From the NCBI GenBank assembly GCA_963676795.2, contig CAXXTB010000001.1, forward strand, positions 512,001 through 576,000: a stretch of 64,000 nt of DNA, written 5' to 3'. Positions 43,945 through 52,917 of the stretch are shown here, one piece after another (within the stretch, counting starts at the first letter, position 1; each line of letters starts with the position of its first letter). This DNA is from Geopsychrobacteraceae bacterium. GTDB lineage: Bacteria; Desulfobacterota; Desulfuromonadia; Desulfuromonadales; Geopsychrobacteraceae. The notes under the pieces were generated by a model. That model did no database searches. It was not told the origin of the DNA and worked only from the letters and a program-made list of their open reading frames with translations. A program made the translations under genes and the position numbers.

Positions 43945-43959
43945 GCTCTTTTTTCAATT

Positions 43960-43975
43960 TGTCGGCCAGACGACA
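43960..43975. promoter_or_regulatory. CooA binding site upstream of cowN
   Basis: TGTCG-gccaga-CGACA fits TGTC(A/G)-N6-(C/T)GACA. Confidence 0.8.
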
Positions 43976-44045
43976 GTCTTGCAGGCGATTTTTTGCTATT
44001 GAGCAGACAGGCTCTGTTCAATCAATTGCAAAAAGGAGTGAAATC

Positions 44046-44342
44046 ATGTCTGAAGTCGCATTCCAACCGGATCGCTATATTTCCTTCAAGGGGATCGAAG
44101 AAGAAAAAAACAGTACTGAACTGATCCGCCTGCTGCGCCGCCACATCGACGATCCGGAAAAGACCAACCCCTTCTGGGAGAAGTACAAGCAGATGCTCGC
44201 CGATGCCGAAAGCGGCAAGTCGGGCAAGGACTATCTGTTCCTGATTCACAGCTACATCAACAATCTGTTCGAATTCTTTGAGGAGATGGAAGACGAAGAG
44301 GCGCTTGCTCTGCTGCACAAGATCGAAGTGGAGTGCTGCTGA
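44046..44342 (+). CDS. cowN: Nitrogenase CO-protection protein CowN
   Basis: DRYISFKGI...NPFWE...IHSYIN...EALALLHKIEVECC; AAGGAG RBS; cooA adjacent. Confidence 0.85.
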   Translation: MSEVAFQPDRYISFKGIEEEKNSTELIRLLRRHIDDPEKTNPFWEKYKQMLADAESGKSGKDYLFLIHSYINNLFEFFEEMEDEEALALLHKIEVECC

Positions 44343-44576
44343 CCTTATCCCCGTAAGAAAAAGCGCACCGGGCAATGGCGCCCGAACTTTTCCGGCCAGC
44401 CTTGATTGATCCGTTTCCTGCTCCAGTTTGTAAGCTTATCAATAATCATAATTCGAAACGTCCTGTCTTCTTTTGCGGCCGCTATCATCGGCAGAGCGGC
44501 GAGTTCTCCGGAGCCACCGATTTGCTGGGTCAAATTTTTTATGGATGAAGCGATGGCTATGAAGTCTGTTGGAAAA

Positions 44577-45113
44577 TTACCAATACAACGATTTCTGTAG
44601 AGCGTCAACGCAGGTGCAGTTGCCAACCATTTCCGCAATAGGATCTCCCGAAAGAGCCATGCCGAGCCACCCCTCAGGTTGCGATAACTCGAAAGGGGCT
44701 TTTACCTTCGAAGGGGATATTGGTTCAAATCCAACCTTTGAATAAAAGGCCGGATCTCCATAGGTCACAGCAAAGCGAATACCGCTGTTTTTAAGTTCAT
44801 TCAGCCCGTAAGAAATCAAAGCCTGGCCAATGCCTCTGCCCTGACAGGAACTCTGCACAGCCACTGGAGCTAATATGAAGGCTTCAATTCCTGTATCAAA
44901 AGTCAAACAGCTGAAGAAAATAGAGCCAACGATCTGCTCATTGTCGCAGGCGACAAAATTGAATAGATCTGACGGAGGAGTCCCGGCGAAAAGATCTTTT
45001 GTCAACTGACCAATGAGCGCCCCTTCTGCAGCCCCTTCAGAAGCAGTGAATACCGATTCAAACAGCTGAACAATGGCCTGTGTCTCATTTCCTTTATGGT
45101 TCCTGTAATTCAT
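44577..45113 (-). CDS. GNAT N-acetyltransferase (YhbS-like)
   Basis: LAPVAV...QGRGIGQALI; YGDPAFYSKVGF. Confidence 0.85.
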   Translation of the reverse strand: MNYRNHKGNETQAIVQLFESVFTASEGAAEGALIGQLTKDLFAGTPPSDLFNFVACDNEQIVGSIFFSCLTFDTGIEAFILAPVAVQSSCQGRGIGQALISYGLNELKNSGIRFAVTYGDPAFYSKVGFEPISPSKVKAPFELSQPEGWLGMALSGDPIAEMVGNCTCVDALQKSLYW

Positions 45114-45316
45114 AGCGATTTCTCGTCAACTTTTGAAGATTACCTCGTAAATCAGGGACACTCCCCAGTTTTTCTCGGTCTGCCCGGCTTGCGAGGTCTC
45201 AGGATCGTATCCAGCTGAGACTCCATGCTGTCAATAAGAACGTCCGTTCCTAACGGCCGCCCGGTGCGGGTGGCGCTACACCAGAGTATATTTGTCAAGG
45301 GAAAAAGATCCTCGCT

Positions 45317-47221
45317 TTATATGCTCCTGACGATCCTGTTGACCTCGGCAAAGGGGTACTTTTCTAGTTTGCCGTAGCCTTCCATCTTGCTCCCTTTCAG
45401 CCTGCTGCACAATGGGGTTGTGATCCCGCAGAGAAATCGGCTCAGCGCTTCATCTGCCAGTAACCCTTCACCGGCCTGACGATAAGGCTGCAGCCAGTTT
45501 GCCACTTGGCGGGGATCGACGGGCGGTAGCTCCTGCCGCTTCAGACAGGCCGGTCTGCCGGCACAGACAGAGCAGTGGCCGCATCTTTCCGGTGCCTGCT
45601 GGTCGGCAAAGTAGCCAGCCAGGGTATGGCTCAGGCACTGTTCGCTTTGAAAGAAGTCGAGCATGGCATGAATACGCCTGATTTCGCTCTCTTCCTTGCG
45701 GGCAAACAGGTTATACAGCCGCTCGACCAGTTCCTGCTGCGAGATTTGAGTATTGACCACCCGGTAGACATCGGTGAGCTGTTTGCTTTCCAGTTCGATC
45801 CAGCCTTTTTCCTGGAAATAGTCGATGGCGGCGACGGCGCGCTTTCTTTTGCCTCCGTAACTGTCCCAGAGGGCGCCGAAATCGACGCTGTACCAGGTTC
45901 GGGCCTTTGCGGAACAGTGGAAAATCGCCTCGACAAAGGCGCGTCTTTCGTCCTGAAAGCGGTTGATGATCTTTTCAGCACTATCGATAAATTTGAAGCG
46001 ATACGAATCGAAATAGCTGTATTGGGACTCGATGATATTGTGCAGTTCCAGGTAGACCAACAGGGTTTTCAGGGGCAGTAGACGGATATTGCTGTCAAAG
46101 GAGAGGCGGTTCAGCATGACTTCCCAGTCGCCGTCACAGGCGTAGATCTGCTCGACAACATAGGCGATGGACGATTTATCCGGTGTATCGCCGTAGGTGA
46201 AGTTTTCCAGTACATTGAGATTGTCGGCATTGGCCAGCACCGTACACGCGGACTGAAGACCGTCGCGGCCGGCCCGGCCGATTTCCTGCGAATAGTTTTC
46301 TATCGATTTCGGCAGGTCGTAATGGATCACCCGGCGGATGTCGGCCTTGTCGATGCCCATGCCGAAGGCAATGGTGGCGACGATGCAGGGGGAAGCGCCC
46401 TGCATGAACTGCTGCTGAATCGCGTCCCTGAGTTCGGCTTTCATCCCGGCGTGATAGGGGATGGCGTTGATACCGCTCTGCTGCAGTCTGTCTGCGACAA
46501 GTTCGGCGGTTTTCTGCTGCGTCACATAGACAACCGTGGGGGCGGCGGGGGACTCCTGCATCAGCGACTGCAGCCGGGTGAATTTCTGCTCCTCGCTGCA
46601 GGAGAGGACGTTCAGGGTCAGGTTGGAGCGGTAAAAACCGGTGACGGTCACGGCATCTTCGGCGATGGCAAATTTGTTCCTCATGTCCTCAATAACCTGT
46701 GGCGTCGCCGTGGCCGTCAGCAGCAGCGCCTGCGGGATCTTGAGCTGCTGCTGATAGGCGGGAAGCTTCAGGTAATCGGGGCGGAAGTTATGCCCCCATT
46801 CCGAAATACAGTGCGCTTCGTCGACCACCAGCAGTGAGATCGGTATCTGGGCGATAAATTGCCGGAAGCGTTCGTTTTTAAGACGTTCAACGGAGATCAT
46901 CAGGATCTTCAGAGCACCGCTGCGCGCTTGCTGCATGACGTTCTGGGTGCTCTCCCGGCTCTGTGTCGAATCGATGGCAGCGGCAGCGATCCCTTTGCTG
47001 TGGAGGAACTCAAGCTGATCTTTCATCAGGGCCAAAAGCGGTGAGATCACCAGGGTTAGGTGCGGCAGCTGCAGGGCCGGAAGCTGATAGCAGAGCGATT
47101 TGCCCGAACCTGTCGGGAAGATAGCCGCGGCAGACCGGCCGCTGAGGATATTGTCCATCACCTCCGCCTGGCCGGGGCGCAGGGCTTCAAAGCCGAAATG
47201 TTGCTTCAATGTCCGGAGCAT
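45317..47221 (-). CDS. recQ: RecQ-family DNA helicase (short form, no HRDC seen)
   Basis: PTGSGKSLCYQ, DEAHCISEWGHNFRPDY, ATIAFGMGIDK, QEIGRAGRDG, Zn motif CGHCSVC. Confidence 0.92.
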   Translation of the reverse strand: MLRTLKQHFGFEALRPGQAEVMDNILSGRSAAAIFPTGSGKSLCYQLPALQLPHLTLVISPLLALMKDQLEFLHSKGIAAAAIDSTQSRESTQNVMQQARSGALKILMISVERLKNERFRQFIAQIPISLLVVDEAHCISEWGHNFRPDYLKLPAYQQQLKIPQALLLTATATPQVIEDMRNKFAIAEDAVTVTGFYRSNLTLNVLSCSEEQKFTRLQSLMQESPAAPTVVYVTQQKTAELVADRLQQSGINAIPYHAGMKAELRDAIQQQFMQGASPCIVATIAFGMGIDKADIRRVIHYDLPKSIENYSQEIGRAGRDGLQSACTVLANADNLNVLENFTYGDTPDKSSIAYVVEQIYACDGDWEVMLNRLSFDSNIRLLPLKTLLVYLELHNIIESQYSYFDSYRFKFIDSAEKIINRFQDERRAFVEAIFHCSAKARTWYSVDFGALWDSYGGKRKRAVAAIDYFQEKGWIELESKQLTDVYRVVNTQISQQELVERLYNLFARKEESEIRRIHAMLDFFQSEQCLSHTLAGYFADQQAPERCGHCSVCAGRPACLKRQELPPVDPRQVANWLQPYRQAGEGLLADEALSRFLCGITTPLCSRLKGSKMEGYGKLEKYPFAEVNRIVRSI

Positions 47222-47251
47222 AATTATGAATGTCCCTTGTTAATCTATGAG

Positions 47252-47296
47252 CAACTTGCAGCAATTGATGCAATACGCTACACTTGCTGCAAGTTG
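47252..47296 (+). promoter_or_regulatory. TA promoter/operator: perfect 13-bp inverted repeat over a sigma70 promoter
   Basis: caacttgcagcaa (47252-47264) / ttgctgcaagttg (47284-47296); TTGCAG-N17-TACACT. Confidence 0.75.
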
Positions 47297-47314
47297 AGAC
47301 TAAAGGAGATTGAT

Positions 47315-47536
47315 ATGTCTACATCCAGTGTGCGACTTGACCAAGATCTAGTTGAGAAAGCCGCCATTATGGCAAAAGCATTAAACCGTACCACGCCGAA
47401 GCAAATTGAACACTGGGCTAAAATCGGTGAAATGATGGAAGATAACCCAGATTTGCCATATGAATTCGTCAGGCAGGCCATCATTGCAAAAGCCGAAAAA
47501 GAAGCTGGTAAGCTCGAGGAATACAATTTTGGCTAA
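47315..47536 (+). CDS. ParD-like antitoxin
   Basis: SVRLDQDLV...RTTPKQIEHWAKIG...EDNPDLPY; AAAGGAG RBS. Confidence 0.85.
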   Translation: MSTSSVRLDQDLVEKAAIMAKALNRTTPKQIEHWAKIGEMMEDNPDLPYEFVRQAIIAKAEKEAGKLEEYNFG

Positions 47537-47819
47537 AATTACCCAGGTCCTTCAAACACCAACCTTCAAAAAAGCAGTCAAGAAGCTCCACCAAAACCAA
47601 AAGAAGGATCTGGATAAGGCCGTTAAGGAGCTTGTTGATGATCCCCTTCTGGGTGAACAGAAAAAAGGGGGGCTGTCATTTCTGCGAATTTACAAATTTA
47701 AAATGAATAAACAGCTCACCCTTCTTGGTTATAGCTACGAGGATGGAACTGTTACCCTTGAGCTAATGTCTCTCGGCTCCCATGAGAATTTTTACCGGGA
47801 TATCAAAGGCATCATTTAA
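47529..47819 (+). CDS. RelE/ParE-superfamily toxin
   Basis: QTPTFKKAVKKL...GEQKKGGL...YKFKM...LGSHENFYRD; TTG start overlaps the antitoxin. Confidence 0.85.
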   Translation: MAKITQVLQTPTFKKAVKKLHQNQKKDLDKAVKELVDDPLLGEQKKGGLSFLRIYKFKMNKQLTLLGYSYEDGTVTLELMSLGSHENFYRDIKGII

Positions 47820-47836
47820 GCTTACTCAATCATAAC

Positions 47837-49599
47837 GAATCTGTAGAAAAACCGGGATCACTGAGTTCTCATATCCCGGAATCGAGTTAATGTTTCGATG
47901 TCCAGCTGGTTTATTCCCGTTTGCTCATTTAAGCATCTTTTGCCGTATTATCCATCCGGAATTTTTAAGATTTCTGCATTTTTCAGGCGTTTTCTCCCTC
48001 TATGCCATCCCGAAACGGTGAATCTTGGTCAGATTATGCAACAGGGTGAATAGTTTCCATTGGCCGTCAGCCTTGGCTTTACTGCGCAGGCTGAACCTTT
48101 TGATGCCGATAGCTTCGCAGATGTGGCCGAAGACCGGTTCGACAATACCGAGACGCCGGCTGTAGATATGGCGGCCGAGTTTGCTGTCGATTTTCTGCTT
48201 CATCCGTTCCAGGGGGCCGTTCTTTTCAGTTTCGACATGCTCAAGTAATACGTTGAGCTGGCGGGCGCCTTTTTGTTTGCTGCTCTTTAAACATCTGTCG
48301 CGCAGCGGGCAGTTATCACAATCCTCTTTGTGCCCCATGAACTGCATGAAGAGATTATCGCGGATTTTGGCTTTGGCACATTTGAGCCACAGGCTCTTTC
48401 CGGCCGGGCAGATGCAGGTCTGCTGTTCGATATCCACCTGAAAGTCATCACCGCTGAAACGGTTTCGGGCGGAAGACTTCCTCCGGATCTCCGGTTTGTG
48501 CTGGCCGGCATCGGCAAAGCGGGGGTCGCGGGAACGAAAGCCGTGATCGGCCAGATAGCCGTCAATTTGGTTTTTCTCCAGATAGTTCAAGGTGTCTTTG
48601 TTGCAGAACCCACTGTCGGCGAGAACCTTGGCCTGTTTTGATGGGGGAATGACATCTTTGTCGAAGGCTTTGTCGATCTGTTCGACCAGCGGTTCCAGCA
48701 AGCCGTGTTCCTGCCCCTGACCAAAGGCTTCAGCACTGACAACAATCTGATGCTTACTGTCGACCGCCGCAACACCGACATAGCCCTGAATAACACCGTG
48801 ACTGGTCTTCATCTTGGCACTGTCAGGATCGGTGATATTGCTCTGGACTTCGTTGCCACTGTAGCCTTTGCGGGGTTCGTTCTGTTTGAGAAAGCGGTCG
48901 ATTTTGTCGCTGGCGGCCAGCAGAGTATCGATCTGTTTCTGCTGTTTCTGGCGGATCTGGTGATCATTTTCCCCTTTACGGTCTTCTTCGCGGTGCACAT
49001 TGAGCATGTGGCGTACCGCCTGGTCGATCTTCCGGCTCTTCTTTCTTAACGCGTCGTGGGTGCCACTCCATTCTTTAGAGGCATTTGAGGGCAGCTTGCA
49101 GCCGTCGATAGCAAACATCTCTCTACCGATCAATCCCATGTCGTCACAGATCATCAGGACCTGGTGGAAGAGCTTGGCAATCTCACCGCTTGAGCCGGAG
49201 ATGAAGTCGGCAATGGTGGTGAAGTGAGGGCGGCAGTCACTGGATAAGGCCATGAACAGAACATTCTCGCGGCACAACGCTTCAATGCGGCGGCTGCCGG
49301 TGACGCCCCGGGCATAGGCCAGCAGGACAATTTTCAAGAGCAAGGCGGGGTCATAGGCCGGCCGGCCGTTGTCATCGTTCTTGTATTTGTGATGGAAGAT
49401 CGACAGATCGAGCTTGTTGTCGACCAGAAAACTGAGGGTGTACTCAAAGGTTCCGGGGAGAATCTGTTGTTCAAAGGAGATGGGCAGCAATACCGTTTGA
49501 TGCGGATTGTAATCGATAAAACGCGCCATGTTTTCCCTCCCCTGAAAATCATAAAAAGTGGAGTAACTATAGCACATTTAAAGGTTTTTCTACAGCCTC
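47837..49599 (-). mobile_element. IS1182-family insertion sequence, copy 1 (1763 bp)
   Basis: TIRs gaatctgtagaaaaacc / ggtttttctacagcctc; AAC duplicated at 47834-47836 and 49600-49602. Confidence 0.92.
48000..49529 (-). CDS. IS1182-family DDE transposase
   Basis: GRPAYDP, PHFTTIADF, AIDG, TDPDS, LADSGF, CPAG, IVEPVFG. Confidence 0.92.
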   Translation of the reverse strand: MARFIDYNPHQTVLLPISFEQQILPGTFEYTLSFLVDNKLDLSIFHHKYKNDDNGRPAYDPALLLKIVLLAYARGVTGSRRIEALCRENVLFMALSSDCRPHFTTIADFISGSSGEIAKLFHQVLMICDDMGLIGREMFAIDGCKLPSNASKEWSGTHDALRKKSRKIDQAVRHMLNVHREEDRKGENDHQIRQKQQKQIDTLLAASDKIDRFLKQNEPRKGYSGNEVQSNITDPDSAKMKTSHGVIQGYVGVAAVDSKHQIVVSAEAFGQGQEHGLLEPLVEQIDKAFDKDVIPPSKQAKVLADSGFCNKDTLNYLEKNQIDGYLADHGFRSRDPRFADAGQHKPEIRRKSSARNRFSGDDFQVDIEQQTCICPAGKSLWLKCAKAKIRDNLFMQFMGHKEDCDNCPLRDRCLKSSKQKGARQLNVLLEHVETEKNGPLERMKQKIDSKLGRHIYSRRLGIVEPVFGHICEAIGIKRFSLRSKAKADGQWKLFTLLHNLTKIHRFGMA

Positions 49600-49700
49600 A
49601 ACGGTTTTGATAAGCCGTGGGGTAGTGGCTTTGCGGGTTGGTAGAGACTTTTACGAGAACCACAGAGCTATCCGCCATCGGCTTGATTATATTGTTAGGT
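49600..49700 (-). other. attC site (cassette 4); the R' core is split by IS copy 1
   Basis: ACCTAAC-aatataatcaagccg...cggcttatcaaaacc-GTT followed by the IS. Confidence 0.9.
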
Positions 49701-50144
49701 ATTGTCAGATTGTGATTTTTCCAAGAGTTTGTCTATCAGTGGGAAAATCTTTGATCTTGTGCTTCCGTACTTGCTTGGATCACGGCTTGCAGAACTGCCT
49801 TTGTGTTTATAGGTGACAGAACCAATTATCTCATTTCCTTTTTTTAGTTCTATTTTGGCTTTGCTCAAAAATGGGATAGGGTCGTAGGATCTGTATGCCT
49901 CAAATGTGACAATCGCATCACAATTGTCTGGTCTATTTATCATGTAACTTTCAGATGAAATATTATGGTATTCAAATCTTTCCTGCATTGCACTGATGAA
50001 ATCGCGAGTGTTTGAGTGGGTGCTTTCTAAAATACACAAATGAGTGATTTGGTTCTTATCCATATCAACTTTACTCACATTTACCGTTGTACATCCGAAA
50101 AAGGTAGCAACTATCAAAAGTGCGACGAAGTATTTAATTTTCAC
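49695..50144 (-). CDS. Cassette lipoprotein (Sbal_3080-like)
   Basis: Lipobox FFGC; YRSYDPIPFLSKAKIEL...KIFPLIDKLL; AT-rich; cassette starts GTTAGGT. Confidence 0.7.
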   Translation of the reverse strand: MKIKYFVALLIVATFFGCTTVNVSKVDMDKNQITHLCILESTHSNTRDFISAMQERFEYHNISSESYMINRPDNCDAIVTFEAYRSYDPIPFLSKAKIELKKGNEIIGSVTYKHKGSSASRDPSKYGSTRSKIFPLIDKLLEKSQSDNT

Positions 50145-50159
50145 AAATTCATCCTTTTT

Positions 50160-50264
50160 ACCTAACGGTTCTGCATAACCGGTGGCGGTAATGCGTTTCA
50201 ATTTAGTAGACTTCTTGCGGATTTCGCCTAGCCCAGCTCCATCCGGTTAATGCTTGGGTTATAC
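50160..50264 (-). other. attC site (cassette 3)
   Basis: GTATAAC-ccaagcattaaccgg...ccggttatgcagaacc-GTTAGGT. Confidence 0.9.
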
Positions 50265-50269
50265 AAGGC

Positions 50270-50602
50270 TCAGTCAGAAATTGTTGTTACTGGTGGAACG
50301 ACAGGAATGGAAAACTGAATACGACTAACCCTGCTTGTTGTTGTCGCTGTACTTCCATCACCTCCAATGGAGAGCCCAACTACCTTAATACCACCATTCA
50401 TCCCGGCTTTTTCTTCGTCTGCAACAGTGACAGCTATATCGAATTTAACCTCTTGGATAAGCGATGAATTGATGTCGCCCGTTCCTCCCCAACTTGGGTT
50501 TATCGCACCGTTAATTTTTTTGGAAATTGTTTGATTGATAGCCATTTGAACACCTTCTTGAATTTCACCAAGAGTGGCAGCAATGAATTCTTTTAATTCC
50601 AT
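50270..50602 (-). CDS. Cassette protein, Trypco2-like
   Basis: MELKEFIAATL...VKFDIAVT...GGIKVVGLSIGG...SRIQFSIP. Confidence 0.65.
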   Translation of the reverse strand: MELKEFIAATLGEIQEGVQMAINQTISKKINGAINPSWGGTGDINSSLIQEVKFDIAVTVADEEKAGMNGGIKVVGLSIGGDGSTATTTSRVSRIQFSIPVVPPVTTISD

Positions 50603-50623
50603 ATATAGCCTCAATTCTATTTT

Positions 50624-50728
50624 GTATAACGGTTTTGATAAGTCGTGGCGCAGTGTCTTTGCGGGTTGGTAGAGACTTTTACGAGAACCGCAGAGCTAAC
50701 CGCCATCGGCTTAATTTTATTGTTATAA
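50624..50728 (-). other. attC site (cassette 2)
   Basis: TTATAAC-aataaaattaagccg...cgacttatcaaaacc-GTTATAC; nearly identical to 49600-49700. Confidence 0.9.
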
Positions 50729-51043
50729 CTCAAAATGTTCACACTCTTTCGAAAACTTATTCAACAAAGATACGTATGCTTCATGAGGGAAACCCAGATC
50801 AGAAATAAATTTGCCTGTTGAAAGACTGTTTGCGCCATAAAGAAGTTCACGTAGACAATCACGGCAGATAGCAATGGCAGCTTCGTAATTATCGACTAAG
50901 GAAGTTGGCCAATTGACTTTCATTCTGTTGAGGGATGACAATTCTATTCCGAGCAAAACCGGACATTCCCAATCCCAACGAGAAAGCCAATACTCAAACG
51001 TTCTCACAATAGCCAAATTTTCGTTTTCAGATAGTTCGATCAT
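50723..51043 (-). CDS. Cassette hypothetical protein
   Basis: ATG 2 nt after the GTTATAA core; stop inside R''; AT-rich. Confidence 0.65.
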   Translation of the reverse strand: MIELSENENLAIVRTFEYWLSRWDWECPVLLGIELSSLNRMKVNWPTSLVDNYEAAIAICRDCLRELLYGANSLSTGKFISDLGFPHEAYVSLLNKFSKECEHFEL

Positions 51044-51052
51044 AGTTATAAC

Positions 51053-52815
51053 GAATCTGTAGAAAAACCGGGATCACTGAGTTCTCATATCCCGGAATCG
51101 AGTTAATGTTTCGATGTCCAGCTGGTTTATTCCCGTTTGCTCATTTAAGCATCTTTTGCCGTATTATCCATCCGGAATTTTTAAGATTTCTGCATTTTTC
51201 AGGCGTTTTCTCCCTCTATGCCATCCCGAAACGGTGAATCTTGGTCAGATTATGCAACAGGGTGAATAGTTTCCATTGGCCGTCAACCTTGGCTTTACTG
51301 CGCAGGCTGAACCTTTTGATGCCGATAGCTTCGCAGATGTGGCCGAAGACCGGTTCGACAATACCGAGACGCTGGCTGTAGATATGGCGGCCGAGTTTGC
51401 TGTCGATTTTCTGCTTCATCCGTTCCAGGGGGCCGTTCTTTTCAGTTTCGACATGCTCAAGTAATAAGTTGAGCTGGCGGGCGCCTTTTTGTTTGCTGCT
51501 CTTTAAACATCTGTCGCGCAGCGGGCAGTTATCACAATCCTCTTTGTGCCCCATGAACTGCATGAAGAGATTATCGCGGATTTTGGCTTTGGCACATTTG
51601 AGCCACAGGCTCTTTCCGGCCGGGCAGATGCAGGTCTGCTGTTCGATATCCACCTGAAAGTCATCACCGCTGAAACGGTTTCGGGCGGAAGACTTCCTCC
51701 GGATCTCCGGTTTGTGCTGGCCGGCATCGGCAAAGCGGGGGTCGCGGGAACGAAAGCCGTGATCGGCCAGATAGCCGTCAATTTGGTTTTTCTCCAGATA
51801 GTTCAAGGTGTCTTTGTTGCAGAACCCACTGTCGGCGAGAACCTTGGCCTGTTTTGATGGGGGAATGACATCTTTGTCGAAGGCTTTGTCGATCTGTTCG
51901 ACCAGCGGTTCCAGCAAGCCGTGTTCCTGCCCCTGACCAAAGGCTTCAGCACTGACAACAATCTGATGCTTACTGTCGACCGCCGCAACACCGACATAGC
52001 CCTGAATAACACCGTGACTGGTCTTCATCTTGGCACTGTCAGGATCGGTGATATTGCTCTGGACTTCGTTGCCACTGTAGCCTTTGCGGGGTTCGTTCTG
52101 TTTGAGAAAGCGGTCGATTTTGTCGCTGGCGGCCAGCAGAGTATCGATCTGTTTCTGCTGTTTCTGGCGGATCTGGTGATCATTTTCCCCTTTACGGTCT
52201 TCTTCGCGGTGCACATTGAGCATGTGGCGTACCGCCTGGTCGATCTTCCGGCTCTTCTTTCTTAACGCGTCGTGGGTGCCACTCCATTCTTTAGAGGCAT
52301 TTGAGGGCAGCTTGCAGCCGTCGATAGCAAACATCTCTCTACCGATCAATCCCATGTCGTCACAGATCATCAGGACCTGGTGGAAGAGCTTGGCAATCTC
52401 ACCGCTTGAGCCGGAGATGAAGTCGGCAATGGTGGTGAAGTGAGGGCGGCAGTCACTGGATAAGGCCATGAACAGAACATTCTCGCGGCACAACGCTTCA
52501 ATGCGGCGGCTGCCGGTGACGCCCCGGGCATAGGCCAGCAGGACAATTTTCAAGAGCAAGGCGGGGTCATAGGCCGGCCGGCCGTTGTCATCGTTCTTGT
52601 ATTTGTGATGGAAGATCGACAGATCGAGCTTGTTGTCGACCAGAAAACTGAGGGTGTACTCAAAGGTTCCGGGGAGAATCTGTTGTTCAAAGGAGATGGG
52701 CAGCAATACCGTTTGATGCGGATTGTAATCGATAAAACGCGCCATGTTTTCCCTCCCCTGAAAATCATAAAAAGTGGAGTAACTATAGCACATTTAAAGG
52801 TTTTTCTACAGCCTC
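51053..52815 (-). mobile_element. IS1182-family insertion sequence, copy 2 (1763 bp)
   Basis: Same TIRs; AAC duplicated at 51050-51052 and 52816-52818. Confidence 0.92.
51216..52745 (-). CDS. IS1182-family DDE transposase
   Basis: Differs from copy 1 at only 3 residues. Confidence 0.92.
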   Translation of the reverse strand: MARFIDYNPHQTVLLPISFEQQILPGTFEYTLSFLVDNKLDLSIFHHKYKNDDNGRPAYDPALLLKIVLLAYARGVTGSRRIEALCRENVLFMALSSDCRPHFTTIADFISGSSGEIAKLFHQVLMICDDMGLIGREMFAIDGCKLPSNASKEWSGTHDALRKKSRKIDQAVRHMLNVHREEDRKGENDHQIRQKQQKQIDTLLAASDKIDRFLKQNEPRKGYSGNEVQSNITDPDSAKMKTSHGVIQGYVGVAAVDSKHQIVVSAEAFGQGQEHGLLEPLVEQIDKAFDKDVIPPSKQAKVLADSGFCNKDTLNYLEKNQIDGYLADHGFRSRDPRFADAGQHKPEIRRKSSARNRFSGDDFQVDIEQQTCICPAGKSLWLKCAKAKIRDNLFMQFMGHKEDCDNCPLRDRCLKSSKQKGARQLNLLLEHVETEKNGPLERMKQKIDSKLGRHIYSQRLGIVEPVFGHICEAIGIKRFSLRSKAKVDGQWKLFTLLHNLTKIHRFGMA

Positions 52816-52917
52816 AACGGCTTGGATAACCGGCGGCGACGCGAACTTGCATGTACCACCGAAGTATTCGAATATTTGCAGAGCTATTTTCCGTCCGCGT
52901 TGATTCTGTTGTTATAA
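52816..52917 (-). other. attC site (cassette 1); the R' core is split by IS copy 2
   Basis: TTATAAC-aacagaatcaacgcggacgg...ccgccggttatccaagcc-GTT followed by the IS. Confidence 0.85.

Noticed and set aside
43984..43996. Sigma54 promoter for cowN
   Set aside because: The GG to GC spacing is 9 nt, not 10.
44400..45260. GNAT gene as a stray integron cassette (GTTAGGA upstream, TTCCAAC after the stop)
   Set aside because: No L'/L'' boxes or attC-like hairpin found after the stop, and the cores do not match well.
49600..50728. CRISPR array suggested by the repeated ~105-bp sequences
   Set aside because: The repeats are attC sites separated by whole genes, and there are no cas genes.
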